Below, piece after piece: positions 36,050-38,808 of a stretch of DNA of 38,808 nucleotides (positions are counted from its first letter, which is position 1; each line of letters opens with the position of its first letter). Origin of the DNA: Dirinaria sp. TL-2023a. Lineage: Eukaryota. The notes beneath the pieces were generated by a model. It had not been told where the DNA came from and made no database searches. It saw only the letters and a program-made list of their open reading frames with translations. The DNA is taken from assembly GCA_051941275.1 (NCBI GenBank), contig JAVEBF010000053.1, positions 1-38,808 on the forward strand, given 5' to 3'. A program made the translations under genes and the position numbers.

Positions 36050-36693
36050 TTATTCCATAGTCACTACACCCCCTAGGCCTTTCAGCGTCTCGATGATCTT
36101 CTCGCAATCCTCCTTAGGCACTCCCTCCTTCATCATCTTCGGCGCGCTCTCGACAAACTTCTTACTATCGACTAGACTCAGGCCCAACATACTCTTGATC
36201 TCCTTGATGATCTTAGGCTTAGCGGCCGCATCGAAGGACTTCAGTGTCAGAGTGAACAAAGTTTTCTCCTGGGCTGCAGGCGCAGCTTCTTCTTCTTCGG
36301 CTGCCGCAGGTGCTGCAGCTGGAGCGGCAGCGGCAGAGAAGCCACCCATAGGCATATCAGGAATGTTCAATCGGGACTGGAGGATAATACGTCAGCAAGT
36401 TGCTTCCATTGGGGGAAACCGGGTTTTGGGTCTGCGCCGGAACAGGGAAGGGGACGAGCCTTCAGATTTGAGACTAAATCCGCCGTCTCTAAGAGCGTCA
36501 ATTGACTTATTTGGTCGACGATACCCGCAATCTTGGGATTCGAAGTGGGTGCCGCCGTAGTCGATTCCCATCGTCGCGTTGGCGCTCGTCTTGACCGCTG
36601 GGAAGATACTTGGGATAGAGGGCAAATAGGTCTGGGAGGGTTGCGAAACGCTCGCGCGAAATGCCGGGTTGGAATTGGTGTACAGAGTGACAT
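36050..36693 (-). CDS. MRPL12: Mitochondrial ribosomal protein bL12 (L7/L12), about 186 aa; exons 36693-36460, 36376-36050
   Basis: Arg-rich mitochondrial presequence, NPKIAGIVDQISQLTLLETADLVSNLK|SRLNIPD, Ala-rich hinge and C-terminal EKTLFTL..KPKIIKEIKSMLGLSLVDSKKFVESAP. Confidence 0.93.
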
Positions 36694-37001
36694 TGCGCGA
36701 AAGGCTTTATGGAGGTCGAAGTTGCTGGAAAAGAGCTCCCCTGTGTGGCGCTGTTCATTCAGCGGTTCGTACAATTGACTAGCGCGGATTTTCCCCCTCG
36801 GCCCTAGAGGCATCCCACCTCATAACTCTTTTACTCTCCCAACACACCACCAATTCGCCATGGATATGCAACTTTCAAGACAAGAGTGGACTATTCTTCA
36901 ATACGTTGGTCTAGTTTGGGGGAGTTTCCAGACGTGGCACACCGCATGGGAATTGGTCGGTAAATTCAGGGACAGAAGAAACCGCGATCGACAACAGGGC
37001 A

Positions 37002-38528
37002 ATGATGAGCCACAAGCAGGCGGAACAGGAACAGGAACAAATCGGGAGCGATAAGGGGAGCGTGGAGCAGGTCGAGCAAAAAGATGGCGAAAACCCTGCG
37101 AAGACTCTCGACAAAACCTTAGCACTCCTACAGGCCCCCGACGACACGTCCCACTTCGTGGGACTGGCGCTACTGAAATCAATTCTAGACAATCATCAAA
37201 GCCTTAGGGAAGATGGGGCAATTGTTACAAGATGTTGGACAGCCATACCTGTCAAATTCTTAGATCGATTGTTGAAAGCCAGACCGAATGAAAAGAAGAG
37301 CAAAGAGGAAACCCAAAGCATGGTTGCGTTGGCAGTGGCTATTGTCCATGCATTCGTAACACTTCTACCCTCTCAGATGCTGAAAGATGCGAATCTCATG
37401 GGCAGGATTGATGGACTTGTAGCCGCTGTACCATTCAGGTATTTTCAGCTTCCAATAATTTTTGCACCTTAGTTTGGCGTCCTGGGAAATTTTCATTTCG
37501 ATAATGTGCACTGATACGTTCTCTGCTGTTACTGCATTACTTTCAATGGTTCCGCCCCCTACTATATATGATTAATAATGCTCTCTCATGCGTACTATGA
37601 ACAGCTGACTTGATGCGATGTAGCACGCCCGAGACCGTTGTCCAAATCTCTCAAATCCTTATGGCTTTGAATTTTCCGTCTCTCCTTTTCTCCACCCTGG
37701 CCAGGACGGGTCAATATAGTCAAAATCGCGACTCACCGTACTTCTTCATAAAACTGCTACTTGTCGACATTCGCGCAACGCTCCCCTCGCTTCAGGAGCA
37801 GCATAAAAGTGACGAGTACCCTGCAATCTCTTCTCGAATAGCCGAGTCTTACGATGTTCTATCAAACTTTATTGGCTATCTTGTACAAAGTCTAGATGAA
37901 GACGAATCACAGAGTGACAGCCGACCTTTCTCGCTAGACCCTTCTCAGCTTCTACAGCTGCGTGCTGATATATCAGAAACCATGTCGTTGACGATTGAAC
38001 ATCTCCGTGAATGTTACGACGCCTCGATAGCTGGCGCTGGTGTCATTGTTCCCTCAGCTCAAATAGATAATGATTCTATGTCGAGTGCATCGCGTTTCAA
38101 CACCTTGGGATCTTCTTCCAAGTCTATGACCGAAGATCCAGTCACACTAGCTGAACTGCGAACCTTAGCACTTTGGCTTCGAGAGGACGACAACGACGCT
38201 CTGCGGAAAGAGGCAGCGGGTATAACAGATATACTGCTCGCTCTTTATGCGGCAGAAGACATTGGCTCAGACATTCGATCTCCCATACTAATCGCGCTTG
38301 AGGGTATTTTAGCTGTGTCTACGGGCATCGAAGCCTTCATGAGCGAAGATGGATGGAGACCTTTGACCACGGATCTAAAGGCTGTCTTAGCCTCTTCCAG
38401 CACTGGCTCGGTCAACAGAGGCATCGAAATAGTAAGGGTTCTCATGACCATTGTTGAGAGCGACATCGTGGGTCCGGCCAAAGAAGAATGGATGGAAATG
38501 GTACATCTGTCCGTGCAAGCCTTACAAG
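37002..38528 (+). CDS. Neurochondrin-like (DUF1941) ARM-repeat protein; exons 37002-37438, 37624-38528; 3' end unresolved or outside the window
   Basis: LDKTLALLQAPDDTSHFVGLALLKSILDN, WTAIPVKFLDRLL, LLVDIRATLPSL, ISETMSLTIEHLR, LALWLREDDNDALRKEAAG. Intron 37439-37623 GTATTT..CTGAC..TAG, and a probable further donor GTGAGC at 38529. Confidence 0.75.
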
Positions 38529-38808
38529 GTGAGCAAATTAATTTTCTGCTTTCAAGTCTCAGTCGGAATCATATCGTGTGCTCAATCCGTCAAACTGCTC
38601 GGCATTTTGGTAGATGGCAGATTCACCAGGAAATCGACCACCGAGCTGCCAACTCGTCAAGTCGTGGATTCATCAAATGCGCCATCAAACCACTTGCATT
38701 TCACCCAACAGTCACCTCATCAATCCGTCAATTTTTCGCCCCGTAATCACCTTCCTTTCCTCCCACACAAATAACCCCACCACTATCACAAACTCCACAT
38801 CCCAACCC

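Overview
Eukaryotic, gene-dense DNA with short spliceosomal introns (GT/GC..CTRAY..YAG), consistent with a filamentous ascomycete (Pezizomycotina). Twelve protein-coding genes were reconstructed by hand: GH47 alpha-1,2-mannosidase, a secreted small thaumatin-like protein with a long acidic Kex2-type repeat tail, Med20, a CID/Rtt103-like protein, dihydroorotase URA4, a Pro-rich orphan ORF, midasin (MDN1/REA1, about 15 kb), a CLC chloride transporter, pyrroline-5-carboxylate reductase, Ctk3, mitochondrial bL12 and a neurochondrin-like protein with an unresolved 3' end. I saw no rRNA, tRNA, CRISPR or intact transposon. The most unusual element is the thaumatin-like protein fused to about 12 Asp/Glu/Tyr-rich segments separated by KR or [L/I]xxR sites, a putative polypeptide precursor. 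Other oddities are a 9-nt microexon carrying a URA4 metal ligand, two probable GC-AG introns, a CLC with Gln at the proton-glutamate position, and a three-copy non-coding repeat upstream of URA4. All exon structures are manual inferences; no database searches were run.
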